Source: Mytilus trossulus
Taxonomy: Eukaryota
Length of the DNA: 64,000 bases
Reading direction: 5' to 3'
Assembly: GCF_036588685.1 (NCBI RefSeq)
Contig: NC_086382.1
Span: 76,942,001 to 77,006,000, forward strand
In this document: positions 37,688 to 52,971 of the stretch, one piece after another
Numbering within the stretch: the stretch's first letter is position 1
Layout of the letters: the number at the start of each line of letters is the position of its first letter
Made by a program: the position numbers and the translations under genes
The notes under the pieces: model-generated
What the model saw: the letters and a program-made list of their open reading frames with translations, nothing else
Told to the model about the DNA's origin: nothing
Database searches by the model: none

Positions 37688-37924
37688 TACTGTTACATCA
37701 GTGTTCCAGGTCAGGGAGAGGGATCATATGTTTAATCCCGCCACATTCTATGTGTGCCTGTCCAACGTCACGAGTATGTAGTACAATGGTTATCATGTAC
37801 TGTTACATCAGTGTTCCAGGTCAGGGAGATGGCTCATATGTTTAATCCCGCCACATTCTTTGTGTGCCTGTCCAACTTCACGAGTATGTAGTACAATGGT
37901 TATCGTGTAATGTTACATCAGTGT
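37688..37924 (+). repeat. 110-bp tandem repeat, ~2.2 units, with a SINE-core-like motif
   Basis: tgttacatcagtgt at 37691, 37801 and 37911; contains atgtttaatcccgccacattct.tgtgtgcctgtcc. Confidence 0.85.
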
Positions 37925-39355
37925 ACACACAAGCGGAGGCAGACAGAGCTGCTGGTATGGGATCTTACAAAAAACCTAAGAAACTTCATGTAGAAACACA
38001 GTCTGTCAAAGAAGATATGGACACTGAACTTTGTGAGGAAGACAAAACATGACTGTCACATGATCAGAATAAATCACCTGTGATAATGTTTGTTTGTTGA
38101 CTAAAAAATATAAAATGAACTAAAAAAGATAAAATGGACTAAAAAAGATCAAATATGTACTTGATGACTTGAGTACACAAAAGTAAAATGTTAAAACTCT
38201 AATGACTTTGATTTTGTTAATAATATCAATATCAGTCTATAATGTATTTGTATACATAGGTTTGGCTCATGACTTGTTACATGAATCTTTATTTCATTTA
38301 TATGTTGTTTTAATATTATAATTGTCTGTATTTGGATCACGCCTCTATTGTGCTCTTTCCAATAAAATATTGAATTGAATTGAATTATTTTCTGAAAATT
38401 GAAATGAGAAAAAAATTGCCCCTCCCCCTAAAAATGCCTTGAAAACAACAAAAAAACATACATAATCATGGCTAGAATTAATATTCCTTTATTAGTATGT
38501 TAGAAAAATAAATTGATCACTAATCACCTCAAGACAATACAACATTTCTTTATACACAATTTAAAAGCAATGTAAGGGAGGTAAATCCTAACAGTCACAA
38601 CATTTTTTTACCCCAATTCTTAAACGGTTTGAGCACTTACCTCCCCACAAGTCAATCATACCAACCCTTTCAGGTATGGAAACTTCTGGTATAGTTTCAT
38701 ACAATTAAACACAATTTATTGTCTGGAAACTACTTAAATGCTTATTAGTGCTCCTAATTCCTAAAGGTGAACTACCACCATTGATTTTCCCCTATTAGTC
38801 TTTGTTAAATTTGCACTTTTCAAAAAATTGTGCAGAATTTATCCTTGTTTCAAATAAAGAAATACTTGGCATGAGTAAAGTTTTATCCTGTCTAGTTCTA
38901 AAGAAAAATCAGAGCTGAATAGCTCTGAGGGGAAAGACGGCCCTTGTTTCTATTTAATTAAGTTTTTGGAAAGGGGGGTATCTTTTGATAGTTTTCATAT
39001 GAAGAATGAAAAAGGGAACAGCTTGAACATGTAGAAAGGTTGACAATATTGAAATCAATTGTTGTTTATGTAATTTCATTTCCTTAGTTTAGGATTCAAT
39101 TTGGACCAATGGAAGAGATCTGCATCTTCTAAATCTGAATTCTGTCATTTCACAACAACTACAATATTTTTTGAAATCTTGATGGTGTACCACTGAACTG
39201 CAGGCTAGGGCCATTTTCCATTTTTTGTGACAGTACTCTTGGATTTTTAAGTTTTTTCTTTAGAAAGAAAAATCTATTCAGTTTTAAATTTCCATTGTTA
39301 AAGTTCCGAGTTACAACTCTCATCAAAGGGACACAGGTACTAATAAAAAAAACAA
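37690..39355. other. Unique 1,666-bp spacer of the palindrome
   Basis: No mirror match between 37690 and 39355. Confidence 0.95.
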
Positions 39356-41993
39356 TATGAGTGATGTAAACTGTGTGAAGCTTGTTTCAAAATTTTAATT
39401 TTAATTTTGAAATATTTGTAAATAATAAATATGTTTAAACTACAAAATGCAAATTTTTATCATTTTTTTTTTTACCATTACAATGATTATGTAGGTACAC
39501 AAAAATTTAGTTTTAATAGAAGACTACTAATCCAATGAAATGTCACATTTGAAGTGTTTAAATACATTAACTTTTATTTTAGTGGATAATTACTCATCAA
39601 TTGAGGTGCTCCTGAATTGGAGGAAGATTCTCAGAATTTTTACAGAAAAAAGTGGTCTCACTAATTAGAGACAAAAAGAATTTTAGCGACAAGAAGCGAC
39701 AAGAAGAAAATTTGTTTCTTGTCGCTAGTCTTCTTGACACTTCTTGTCGCTTCTTGACGCTTTTGTCTCTAATTAGTGAGACCCGAAAAAAGTAATAAAA
39801 TCGTTTCTTTCCCCTGTCTCATGTAACCCCACGATCTTTGTTTATTTTGAAAGTTGTTGACCTACAAATTAAAGTATTGCATGTTGATGTTTAAATCATC
39901 TACAGTAAACAATATTATGTTTAGATTTAACAAATACAAATTTGTAATTAGTGTGCGATCTCTAAGAATGATTTAAATAACCAGTGAACTGGTGAAGGAT
40001 ATCCCTGCTTCTTCCAAGAATGACGTCATTATAAAATACAATGTAGGTTGGATATATTTAGAATACCTCGTCATACTAATTTTTCCGGATTGTAAAATAA
40101 ACGTAAATAGTGTAAAGGAGAGTTCAAGGTACGATAATTTCGTGAGAAACAGAAGGGAAATGTGTAAAAAAGTGTTTAAAGTCAAACTATTCATTTCTGG
40201 GTCTCCTTCTCTTCAATCTAAGTAAGATTTGTTGGGGGGCTTTCCACACTATAACATGTATAAAAACAAAATGAATGATGTGAGGGAGTGTCACTCTGGT
40301 CAACCCCATAGGGGATTGACGGCTTGAAGCCGTCTTTCCCCAAACATCACATATTTCATTGCATATAAGAAAATAACCATCATTGGAAGTTAACCAATCA
40401 AATTTCTCCCCTTATTTTATCTGTGTACTAGGTTTAGTCACCATGAAACCACAAGATTACAAAATTTTCTATAGAAATCCCAAATAAAAAATAATGGTGT
40501 TTTGAAGTACCCATGACATATGTTTATGACACAGAAATGGTTTTACTGCAATAAAATGTAGGATTAATTACCTACAACTGTCAAATTCAAGGGAATATTT
40601 TTTTACCTACTTTCGTATACAACCGGATGTGACGTACCATGATTTGGTGATATTACACCTAAACTATAAAAAAAAATCATATCCAACCTTTCTTTTGAGG
40701 CTATTAACCTTTTGTATAATTTTCAAGGATTTCTATTCACTACTACTTATAAAAGTTGTCGTCCGGAAACCAACTGTCTTGGATGACGCAGACAACAACG
40801 TGATACCAATGTACGACGGTAAAGGTTTTGGCAGTCCTATAACAACTATGAAGCACGAGCAACATTAAGTTTTTAACATTTAAAAATACCAAGCAAGATT
40901 TATCAATGGTAGTGTTGTGCGTTTTTTAGTGTTTGTCTATAAAATTTCCCTTTTTCGAAAAATCTTGTAGTATGTAATGAGTATCATGGCAAGCATCTTC
41001 GCTAGCCAAGGGTTACGATCCACTCCCGCTCTCTTCACCCTTGGCGGATTGAGCCAACATTTGTGATAACAATGTTGCGCCATCTATCGGAAGATAAAAA
41101 CCACGCCAATTCCGAATACATTAGTCTTGACCAATGGTAGCACTTGAACTCTTCAGCTTGGAGGTAAAAACACGGTAGCGTCTAGATGCTACACACTTGG
41201 TAAAGCCGGAAATGAAAGCATACGTCAACATTCATGCATTTGTGCATGAAACATACACAGGAACTTCCATTTGTTGATTAAAAACATTCAAGTTTTCACT
41301 AAATATAGTCGTATGTTTAGGGATGTAAAGGCTTGTTGCACAAAAAACACGTGGCAATTGTTTACAAACACTTTCTACATTTACACGTGATCATGTTACA
41401 GGCGCATTTTGATTGGATGCAGCGAGTTTTGACTGCAACCAATAAAAATCCTTACCTTGTGTCTCCGAAATTTTATCTCAATCCGCCAAGGGTGAAGAGA
41501 GCGGGAGTGTATCGTAACCCTTGGCTAGCGAAGATGCATGGCAAGGAATATATTGAAGCAAAATATCTGAAGAAGAGATATCGGGTTTTCTTTAAAAGTA
41601 TAAATTCTTCACCGTCTTAACTCAATGGTACATAGTGTGTTAGATTTGAACGTGTCAACATGCAGATTCATCTGTATCGGGGTTTTACATGGTCAACTTG
41701 AAACCAAATAAAAACCATGTGCTCCACAGGGCTCAGCTTTGTACCACCACAGAAGTTGAACCCTGAACAGTTGGGGCAAGTATGGACACAACATTCAAGC
41801 TTGATACAGCTCTGAATTTGGATTGTGATCAAACTTTTAACATAATATGAGTTTCTGACACAAAACAAATGTCAAGATCTTACAAATCTATTGCACAATA
41901 CTGTGCAATTAAAGATTTCTTCTTCAAACTTTTCAAAAATATACATAATTTACAAGCAGTTTAAGGGAGGTAAATCCACACATACCCAACATT

Positions 41994-44377
41994 GGACATC
42001 AGAACACACACGGGCAAAAACGAGTTGCGATATATTAACACCGTATGATGGAGCCAACGGCACATCGCCGTCTAAAAAAGGAAAATTAACAATAGGAAAT
42101 GAAAAATCGTCTCTTTTGTCGTAAATTGTAGTGTGGAGTTTCCCATTTGAAATAGAAATGTCTAAATCTAGAAAAGGACAACTGCTGCTGTTTATGTTAG
42201 ATTTAGTTAAAGTAAGTTCGTTTGGGTAAATAAGTATATTTAGAGAACTCTGGATTATTCAACGAAAAAATATCATCCAGATAACGGTAGGTATTTTTGA
42301 ATGTATCAACCAAATGTAACAATGATGGGTCTTTACTGAGTTTGGTCATAAACTGAGATTCATAGCAATATAGAAATAAATCTGCTATTAAAGGGGCACA
42401 GTTGGTGCCCATAGGAATACCTACTACCTGACGATACACTTTATTATCGCCGAAACGTACATAAATGTTATCAAGTAGAAAGTTTAAAGCTTCAATCATA
42501 TCCTCACATTTGCAGTAAGTGTATCTAGCATACTTTCCTTTTTCGTTGCAGAAAAAGGCCTTAAACGAGTTACAGCAAATAAAATTACAATGAGATTTTT
42601 CGAAAGACCATTTTATCAAATACGAAAACTTTTTCTTTATAAGATTGTGTGGAAGTGTAGTGTACAGAGTAGAAAAATCATAACTGTCAACAGAATTGTA
42701 AGGACCATTGAAAGCATGTATTTAATCTAAAACCTCTAAAGAATTTTTAACACTCCAAAAAAAATTAATACCATTATTTTCATAAGCCTTATTACAAAAG
42801 TTAATAACCAGTTCTTTGATAGTAGTAAGGGAGGTGGTTAGAAGCACTGATAGATTAGTAGTAGAACACTTACTCGAAGCGGAGATGAAACGGAATTTAA
42901 ATGTTTTTTTTTGGTGTAATTTCGGTAACCAGTACATGGTAGGGACTTTCAAATGTTCGGAAGATGCTTTAAGCTAGGCAGTGGCAGTGGTATGCTTGTT
43001 AACGATTTTACTCTCTGTGGTGCGCACTGACCTGAATGATAATTTCGTTTTGAAGACTTTCGAGTAGTATATGCGTCACACCACCACTACATTATTTGCT
43101 GCCTTGTCTGCCGGTACGAACACAAACCGCTCTGCGAGTACCTTGAGTTTGTTTTTTTATTCTAGAAATGGGTATATCATGGTTCCTATTATTAATTTCA
43201 GAATTGTTTTCTAAATGAGATATTCGAATATCAACAGTATTCATAATTTTATTCAAATAACTGTCTAAAGATTTTTTATCGGATTTTTCACGTTTGCACC
43301 AATTTTTACAATAGGCAGACAGAGCGTTTTTAATAACCTGACGACACTGTTTCCAATCTATTGTAGATGGAGGACGGTATTTCGGTCCTTTCTTTAGAAA
43401 AGTTATGACTTCACGGTCATCGACTATGTTGAGGTCTCCTGTGATAACATTACCTTAGGGAACATATTTAAAACTAGATGTTTCGCAATCTCAAGTGGAA
43501 GGAACATTATTTTCTATATTGACGTCTGTTGTAATTGACGTATAATTGAAAATCAAATTTCTGCTCGGTTTTTTATAAGAATACGAAATAATGGGTTGTT
43601 CTATATTATCAAAATATGGAGGTATTAAGCTATAGACAGAAGAGTCATTGAATATGCTAGACAAATTAATAAAATCAATACCTCTATTTATATATTTTAA
43701 TTTGAGAAAATGTCGTTTATGATTTTCAGGTTTATCAATAATAAGAAAAAGCCTGTGATGACAAAAGGCTGTAATAATATGGGTGTATTCATAAAATGGG
43801 CTAAAAAAAGAAATTTTATCACACTCCAGAAAAATAGCATATAATTTACTTATAGGTATCTGACCCAGTTTGCATAATACTTGATGTCTGCCATTATTCT
43901 TTATTATAGATAACAGATCAGCAAGTGTATAATTTATACGATGTTTAATACGTTGATTGCGGTTCTTGCGTTTACCATGAGACCTATTATCTCTAAGTCG
44001 TTTATCAACAATATTAATGACATCGATATGAGTTTTAGATATGTTCCCCTGCCCTAATATTTTATCATTTAGACCGAGAGGATAAGCTGTTTGAAGTCTT
44101 TTTATCCAAAACAATTCGCGAACTTCGCGTGATTTTTCAAATTGCTTGTGCGATTCTCCTGGTTGTTTTTGAACGGTTTCGAGCGGTTGGAATTTTATAT
44201 ATTTCAGATTATGATTATGCTTATCTAAATGCTGATATACTAAACTTTTGAATTTTTTGGGTCTACGAAAGCGGTACAGATGTTCTTGATTTCTTCTGAA
44301 ATACTCTCGTCCCGTCTGTCCCACATATTGAATACCACACTTAGGTTGGGTTCTAGTTACCACATATATTAGGTTTT
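41994..44377 (-). mobile_element. Decayed Naiad-type PLE, copy 3
   Basis: Mirror of 32668-35051. Confidence 0.95.
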
Positions 44378-46661
44378 GAGTCTTTTGTAAACGAGACGCG
44401 CGTATATGCGTGAATACAAAATTATATCTTGGTATCTGTGATAGGTTTAACTATTAAACACCGTTTCTTATATTATTATTATTTTGCTGTTAAAATATAA
44501 TCTAGATTAGTTTAACTTGCCGTTTTCTAATAAAATAACCATCTCGAGGACAGCAACCAAACAACGGGTTGTCCGATATGTCTGAAAAAATGGGGCAGAT
44601 AGATCTTGACCAGATAAACATTTTATATCTATATAATATGTTAAAATAGGAGTACAGCAGTCAACATTGTGTTATAATCTTTATAAACATTAAGTAACAA
44701 ACAAATGTTTCAAACAAAGAAACACAAAAAGACCTATAGACAGAGTACATTATTAAAAATAAAAGACAATTATACAAAAGTAGACTAAACAGTATAAGTA
44801 GTATTCACATAGGCAAATAAAAGAACATTGTAACACGTAATTAAGATTAACAACGTCAGTACCTAGCTATAGTTCAAGAGCATCGTATATTATGTTTAGT
44901 TAATACGGTTATCAACAAGGTCTTGGAAGCTTCCAATGAACTTTTTGTGGAAAGGGACGAGACGTTCTTTGACCTAACCCTGGTTTATCAACTTTCTGAT
45001 CAGTAACTAGTGAAAGTCTGTGTAGCGGATGCAAGCTCTTGAATACCACACAAACTTGGTTATATATTACCGATATCGATACTCTTTAGATTGGGGAAAT
45101 TTATATTTCAAAATTAAAAACGGCTCGTCTGTCATATATTCTGGGATGACTGCTTATTAATAATTCGAGGAATAGTTTCAAAATAAGATAGAGAAAACCG
45201 TGTCTGTTGTTTCTTTAATTTCTTTAATTTGCCAAATATTCAACATCAAGAATGAGAGGCGAAAGATACCAGAGGAACAGTCAAACTCATAGATCGAAAA
45301 TAAACTGACAACACCATGGCTAAAAAATAAAAAGACAAAGAGACAAATAGTAGTACACATGACGCAACATAGAAAACAAAAGAATTTAGAACAACACCAA
45401 TAGCACCACAAACTGGGGGTGATCTCAGGTGCTCCGGAAGGTAATCAGATCCTGCTCCACATGTGGCACCCGTCTTGTTGCTCGTGTTATTACAAACCCG
45501 GTAAATTGTCTAATGCGGTAGGTCACATTTGTGGTGAAAAGGGAAGTAAATTGTTGTTACGTCATGAGGAGTATTTCCGATATCATCTGTGAAACGGTTA
45601 TTCCATACCGGTCAACCAACTCGTGATGGCGTCCGTTAAATTTACGAAAGAATGATCGCAACCCTCTTTCAAAGAAATTTACCTTTCCAGAGCACCCGAG
45701 ATCACCCCTAGTTTTTGGTGGAGTTCGTGATGTTTATTCTTTTGTTTTCTATGTTGTGTCATGAGTACTATTGTTTGTCTGTTTGTCTTTTTTCATTTTT
45801 AGCCATGGCGTTGTCAGTTTGTTTTAGATTCATGAGTTTGACTGTCCCTTTGGTATCTTTCGTCCCTCTTTAAGAACAATGTTTTTTAATTCAATCTAAA
45901 AACATCAAAGTGAAGAAACTTTTGCATTCTAAAAGATATATTTTGAAATCATATTACTGACAAATCCTTCCTTATATATAATTATCTTTCTATCTTATTT
46001 TATTGACTAAAAGGAATCATGTTCACAACCTACATGTCTATGAATTATTAATACTGGGTAAATGATATTCCTTCTCTTGAAAATCCATATAACTTATGAA
46101 ACAAAACGGTAACCGGATACAAATTATATAAAAGAGAAACAAATGATTGATATCTTTATCCAACAAAAAGGGGGATATGTTTACTGACATATCCTGCCTT
46201 ATACTAGTATATAACTATCTTTCTATCTTATTTTATTGACTAGATGTTTATTTGAATAATATGAAACAAAACGGTAACCAGATACAAATTATATAAAAAC
46301 ATATCACACAAAAAGGGGTATATGTTCAGAGTATTAATTCAGTTTAACTATAGAAAAAAACAGGTTTCACGCTCAGAAAGGATAACATAATGAAAGAGAA
46401 GATATTTTAGATTTCCTTGTTTTAATATTTAAAAAAAAACCAAATGGAACAAAAATTAATAGTTGACATGTATATGCGTACACAAGATTAAATGATCACA
46501 AAATGGCATTAGCACACCTATGTTTTAGATTTAAAGATAGAGTTAGGGTAAGGATTAAGGTTAGGTTCACAGATATTGAATTCATCGACGAAGACATGAC
46601 ACATACACAGGTTGTATGAACAGTAACACTTTATGTACAGAAAAAAAAGAACACCAACTGG

Positions 46662-48757
46662 CTAATAATTACCATCAGTCGCTTGCTTTCACAGCGTTGT
46701 TAATAATTACCATCAGTCGCTTGGTTCTACAGTGTTGTTGATAAGTACCATCAGTCGCTTGCCTAGGTTTCACAGGACTGTTAATAATAACCACCAGTCC
46801 CTTGTCAGGTTTCATAGTGTTGTTTACAAATTACCATCAGTCATTTACCTGGTTTCACAGTGTTGTTAACAATCAACATCGTTCGCTTGCTTGGTTTCAC
46901 AGTGTTGTTAACAATCACCATCAGTCGCTTTCCTGGTTTCACAGTGTTGTTGATAATTACCATCAGTCACTTGCCTGGTTTCACAGTGTTGTTAATAATT
47001 ACCATCAGTCACTTGCCTGGTTTCACAGTGTTGTTAATAATTACCATCAGTCACTTGCCTGGTTTCACAGTGTTGTTGATAATTACCATCAGTCGCTTGC
47101 CTGGTTTCACAGTGTTGTTAATAATTACCATCAGTTGCTTGCCTGGTTTCACAGTGTTGTTAATAATTACTATCAGTCGCTTGCCTGGTTTCACAGTGTT
47201 GTTTATAATTAACATCAGTCGCTTGCCTGGTTTTACAGTGTTGTTAATAAGTACCATCAGTCGCTTGCCTAGGTTTCACAGTGTTATTATTCATTACCAT
47301 CAGTCGCTTGCCTGGTTTCACAGTGTTATTATTAATTAACATCAGTCGCTTGCCTGGTTTCACAGTGTTGTTAATAATTAACATCAGTCGCTTGCCTGGT
47401 TTTACAGTGTTGTTGATAATTACTATCAGTCGCTTGTCTGGTTTTACAGTGTTGTTAATAATTACTATCAGTCGATTGGTTTACAGTGTTGTTAATAATT
47501 ACCATCAATCGCTTGCCTGGTTTCACAGTGTTGCTAATAGTTACCATCAGTCACTTGCCTGGTTTCACAGTGTTGTTGATAATTACCATCAGTCGCTTGC
47601 CTTGTTTTACAGTGTTGCTAATAATTACCATCAGTCGCTTGCCTTGTTTTACAGTGTTGCTAATAATTACCATCAGTCGCTTGCCTTGTTTTACAGTGTT
47701 GCTAATAATTACCATCAGTCGCTTGCCTTGTTTTACAGTGTTGCTAATAATTACCATCAGTCGCTTGCCTTGTTTTACAGTGTTGCTAATAATTACCATC
47801 AGTCGCTTGCCTGGTTTCACAGTGTTGCTAATAATTACCATCAGTCGCTTGCCTTGTTTTACAGTGTTGCTAATAGTTACCATCAGTCGCTTGCCTTGTT
47901 TTACAGTGTTGTTAATAATTACCATCAGTCGCTTGCCTTGTTTTACAGTGTTGCTAATAATTACCATCAGTCGCTTGCCTTGTTTTACAGTGTTGCTAAT
48001 AATTACCATCAGTCGCTTGCCTTGTTTTACAGTGTTGCTAATAATTACCATCAGTCGCTTGCCTTGTTTTACAGTGTTGCTAATAATTACCATCAGTCGC
48101 TTGCCTTGTTTTACAGTGTTGCTAATAATTACCATCAGTCGCTTGCCTTGTTTTACAGTGTTGCTAATAATTACCATCAGTCGCTTGCCTTGTTTTACAG
48201 TGTTGCTAATAATTACCATCAGTCGCTTGCCTGGTTTCACAGTGTTGCTAATAATTACCATCAGTCGCTTGCCTTGTTTTACAGTGTTGCTAATAGTTAC
48301 CATCAGTCGCTTGCCTTGTTTTACAGTGTTGTTAATAATTACCATCAGTCGCTTGCCTTGTTTTACAGTGTTGTTAATAATTACCATCAGTCGCTTGCCT
48401 TGTTTTACAGTGTTGCTAATAATTACCATCAGTCGCTTGCCTTGTTTTACAGTGTTGTTAATAATTACCATCAGTCGCTTGCCTTGTTTTACAGTGTTGC
48501 TAATAATTACCATCAGTCGCTTGCCTGGTTTTAAAGTGTTGTTAATAATAAACAACAGTTTCTTGCCTGGTTTCACAGTGTTGTTTATAATAAAGATCAG
48601 TCGCTTGCCTGGTTTCACAGTGTTGTTAATAATTACCATCAGTCACTTGGTTTCACAGTGTTATTAATAAATACCATCAGTCACTTGCCTGGTTTCACTG
48701 TGTTGGTAATACTAAACATCAGTCACTTGCCTGGTTTCACAGTGTTGTTAATAATTA
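46662..48757 (+). repeat. 42-bp minisatellite, copy 4
   Basis: Same as copy 1 at +42032. Confidence 0.98.
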
Positions 48758-51700
48758 AAACAATATTTTTGTTATCTTTAAATGCATTTGTGTATGTAAA
48801 TCTTTTAATTTTTTAATTTTTTGGTATAAGACAACAACCATATTATACATTTAATTATTGGTTTGTAACGATGAGTAATATCTGGTGTATTTCTTCTGTA
48901 GGCATAAAGTATTGATGCTGCAGGCTCTTAGTTCAGGGAATTTATTCCAAACTTTTGTAGTTTGGAAAACGAATGAATATGGTAACTAACTTTGTTGCAT
49001 CGAATTTGTCTGTATAGTTGTTTGTGATAAGACCTGGAATTGTGGTCATAAATCTTTCGAATCTTTTAGACCCGGATATCAACCAATCAAAATACAGGAT
49101 TTGTTGTTGCGAGCACAATTTTACTCCGAGTACCGGTGTTTGTTTAGCTTCAGATTAGGGTTAGGTTACCATACAGTATAGCAATTTTGTTGTTCAACGT
49201 GTTTTATCTGCTTTAAATGTTTGCTATGTGAACGCTTTCCTTCCACAATGAGAAAACGAAATCGTAATCGTCAATAAAATTTCCGTACATGGAAAATATG
49301 AATCAATTCAACTGAACATTTTGTAACAAAGCAGTTTAGGAATAACGAAAACCACTTATCTACCAGCTATGTTGAAGACCTATTGGTGGCATTCGTATTT
49401 CAGCCAAAAGATCTCCTAATAACTTTTTCGGAGGGTAGATTGTAGTCTTATGTTAGTATTTCACGGGAATGTATCAAAAGCACATGACTGTTTATCTAAA
49501 TCTTCGAACGAACCAAATTGATAGTTTAATAAAAGAAGTCTTGCAGCCGTTTGAAGACATTTTAACGCCTGACTTGACCTTTACTCATTTGAAGATTAAA
49601 GTTGGATATATAAAGAGAGATAACTCTGATACTTTATTTTTAAAATACATTGAACTGCTGGCATTTTAACAGAGAATACTAATATTTTAATAATCTGAAC
49701 GAATTTAATAAAGCATATAACTTTGGAATTTTCTGAAAAATTGCATCTTTTTGTTTTGTTTTCAATCATACAAGTTTACACTTATGCGAATTTCAAAAAT
49801 ACATTTGCTTGAAAATAATTCAATATCATACATTTTTGTTTAGCAAATATAATTGATGTAATTACATTTTGTCGGGTCACTATTTTGCTTTTCATAATTT
49901 CATGTGCATTTTTCAGTAGCTTATTATCGTTTGGTTGATTGGTGAACGTCTTTAAGTAAGCTATCGACTTTGATGATATAATACACAATTACAAAGCTAT
50001 TTACTGTGTGAATATATAATATATGATTTTTTTCAAATAAGAAATAAGTTTTTCGAATTGAAGGTCATTACCTCCAGATTGATTTAATGATACTTATGTT
50101 TGATCGGATCATAAATTATTCATAGACTGTAAATAACAGGTGGGATCATTTAGTTGATTTGATATTGTGATCACAGGTTTATTTGATTCCCCCAATTTGC
50201 GTTTTACCTTCAAAGGAAAGTTTAATTTATTATAATTTTATTTTGATTTCATACATCACTATCATATGATTTATTGAGCGCAAAGTAAGTATTTTATGGC
50301 TACTAGTAATTGGTAACAACTTTATTAGAAGTAAAAAACAAAAATATCAGTTATTTCAAATCTGAAGGTAATAGTTATCAAAGGTACCAGGATTATAGTT
50401 TAGTTATTATAAGTAAATGTAAAATGTTAAATACATGATTTTAACGACAAAAAGTATATTTAAAATAAAGTCAGAAAGATTTTTTTCCTTCTGTATCATA
50501 ATTAATAGTAGGCGAAAAAACACCCTGTCAAAATACTGCAATTGTTGTACCCTCTCATAATAGGTAAACAGACTTTATAGCTTGTTGTTCGGTTTGAGCC
50601 AAAGGCTCCGTGTTGAAGGCCGTACTTTAACCTATAATGGTTTACTTTTTAAATTGTTACTCGGATGGAAAGTTGTCTCATTGGCACTCACACCACATCT
50701 TCCTATATCTATCATAAGTGACATTTCACTAAAAAAGACATATTACACAGAATTTAATATGTTCAGATTTATAAAGTAAAAAAACATGTCAGACATTTAT
50801 TTTAAGTATTATGAATATGATAATAGTGTTAAGATTAATATCAATAATGTGGTAATTTTTATAAATTTCCTGTTTACAAAACTTTTTCGAAAAACTAAAG
50901 ATTTTTTTTTATCCCAGGCATACATTACCTAAGCCGTATTTGGCACAACTTTTTGGAATTTTGGATCCTCAATGCTCTTCAACTTTGTACTTGTTTGGTT
51001 TTATAAATATTTTGATTTGAGCGTCACCTATGAGTCTTATGTAGACGAAACGCGCGTCTGGCGTACTAAGTTATAATCCTGGTATCTTTGATAACTATTA
51101 CAACAATGAAGCTAATGATAAATAGATTATGCAAATCAAAATTACTTTAACTTTAAGATAATACGGCATGAACGAATCCTTCAATCAACGGATTATACGA
51201 AGTGTTCATAAAAAATGTCTTAACATTTTCATTTATACCTTTTTACGCCGGTAAGTTTCAAATATTGATTAATAAACATTTCATCTAAAATATATAAAAA
51301 AAAACCTGTTTACTTTGAACAAAACAAATGTATTCATTAGTCTGACAGTATAGTAAACTGATTATAATACAAGTATACTAAAAAAGAAACTAAAGCATGT
51401 TTCTATATATGCTATTAAAGGTAACAGGATTATGATATTCGTTTTATTTGAAATAGACAATGTTTAAAATGTTGTAACGCTTAATATATTTTCTTGTCGC
51501 TAAACTAATTAAATATTTGTTCTTGTTACTAAATGAAGGAGGCTCATCATAGATACCAGGATGGAAATTTTGTATTTGCATCAGACATGCGTTTCGTCTA
51601 CAAAAGACTTATCGGTGACGATAGTATAAAAAAAGGCCAAATAAATGCCAAACAAAGTACGAGGAATATATGTTCACTAAGGACCAAATGTTTTGCCAAA

Positions 51701-52927
51701 TACAGCTAAGTTAATCTATTCCAAAGGTCAGAGAGCGGCTTAGTATAAAAAAAAATCAAAACTCTGTTAACTGTTAATCAACGACAATTAAAGTGAAGAC
51801 AGAATTGCTGACTACTGGTCTGATGAAACCTTCGGGCAATGAAAACCCCACAAACAGTGTCATCGACCCAGTGGTTGTAAATGAATTCATCAAAGATACC
51901 GGGATTGATATTTTGTATTTGTGCCAGACTCAGTTTCCGTCTTAAGTTTTTGGCGCTTAAGAGTCGTTTGTTGAAGCTTATTGTCGCCTTATTGTCGTTT
52001 ATTGAACGACAAACTCGTGATATAACAAAAAATAGGTAGCGTCTTCACATCATTCATTCACTCCCTCGATATATAACGAAAATAAGTGAGCGTATACACA
52101 TCAGCCATTCAATATCTCGTTATATAACGAAAACAAGTGAGCGTATACACATCATCCATTCACTATCTCGTGATATAACGAAAACTAGGTAGCTTCTACA
52201 CATCATCCATTCACTATCTCGTGATATGCCAAATTAAGGTAGCGTCTACACATTTTTCATACACTATGTCGTGATATAACGAAAGAGAAGTAGCGTCTAC
52301 ACATCATCCATTCACTATCTCGTGATATGACAAAATTTAGGTAGCGTCTACACATTTTTCATACACTATGTCGTGATATAACGAAAGAGAGGTAGCGTCT
52401 ACACATCATTTATTCCATATCTCGAGATATAACAAAAGTTAGGTAGCGTTTACGCATCATTCATTCACTATCTGAAGTTAGATTATTGAACGAATGAAAA
52501 CCGGTCTAATTGCAAAGACTAGCAGAAGTATAAAAATACACAATATGAGGGGGTTGGGGTTGGGGGGTTTGGGTCGGGAGATGAGGGGCAGGACATTTTT
52601 TGGGACGTCGGGATCGGGTATTTTTAATCATGCGATTTCGGTATCTTTGGGTCTTTTTTTAAATTCGGGACCTCGGGATTTTGGGATCAGGACCCCAACC
52701 CCCTCCCCGACGCAATATAGCTAAATAAATATCTATTACAATTTAAATTCGATTATTATAAACTCATATTCCTTCAGAATGCAATGAAAAAAAAAACAGT
52801 TATGGTGAAGATACTTGTTTTGCATGCTAGGTATTAACAAATTAAAATTGTTTCACACCTATGTTTGATATGATTATAGCTCTTCATCCTTTATATAAGC
52901 TTTGGATTTCAAATATTTTGGCCACGA

Positions 52928-52971
52928 GCATCACTGAAGAGACATGTTTTGTCGAAATGCGCATCTGGTGT
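52928..52971 (+). ncRNA. Minimal type I hammerhead ribozyme, copy 3
   Basis: gcatcactgaagagacatgttttgtcgaaatgcgcatctggtgt read directly on the plus strand. Confidence 0.82.

Larger units (their letters stand above)
18690..37689 (+). repeat. Left arm (19,000 bp) of giant inverted repeat
   Basis: ORF pairs mirror with coordinate sums 77045 (inner) and 76835/76836 (outer). Ends were checked at 37689<->39356 and 18690<->58146. Confidence 0.97.
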
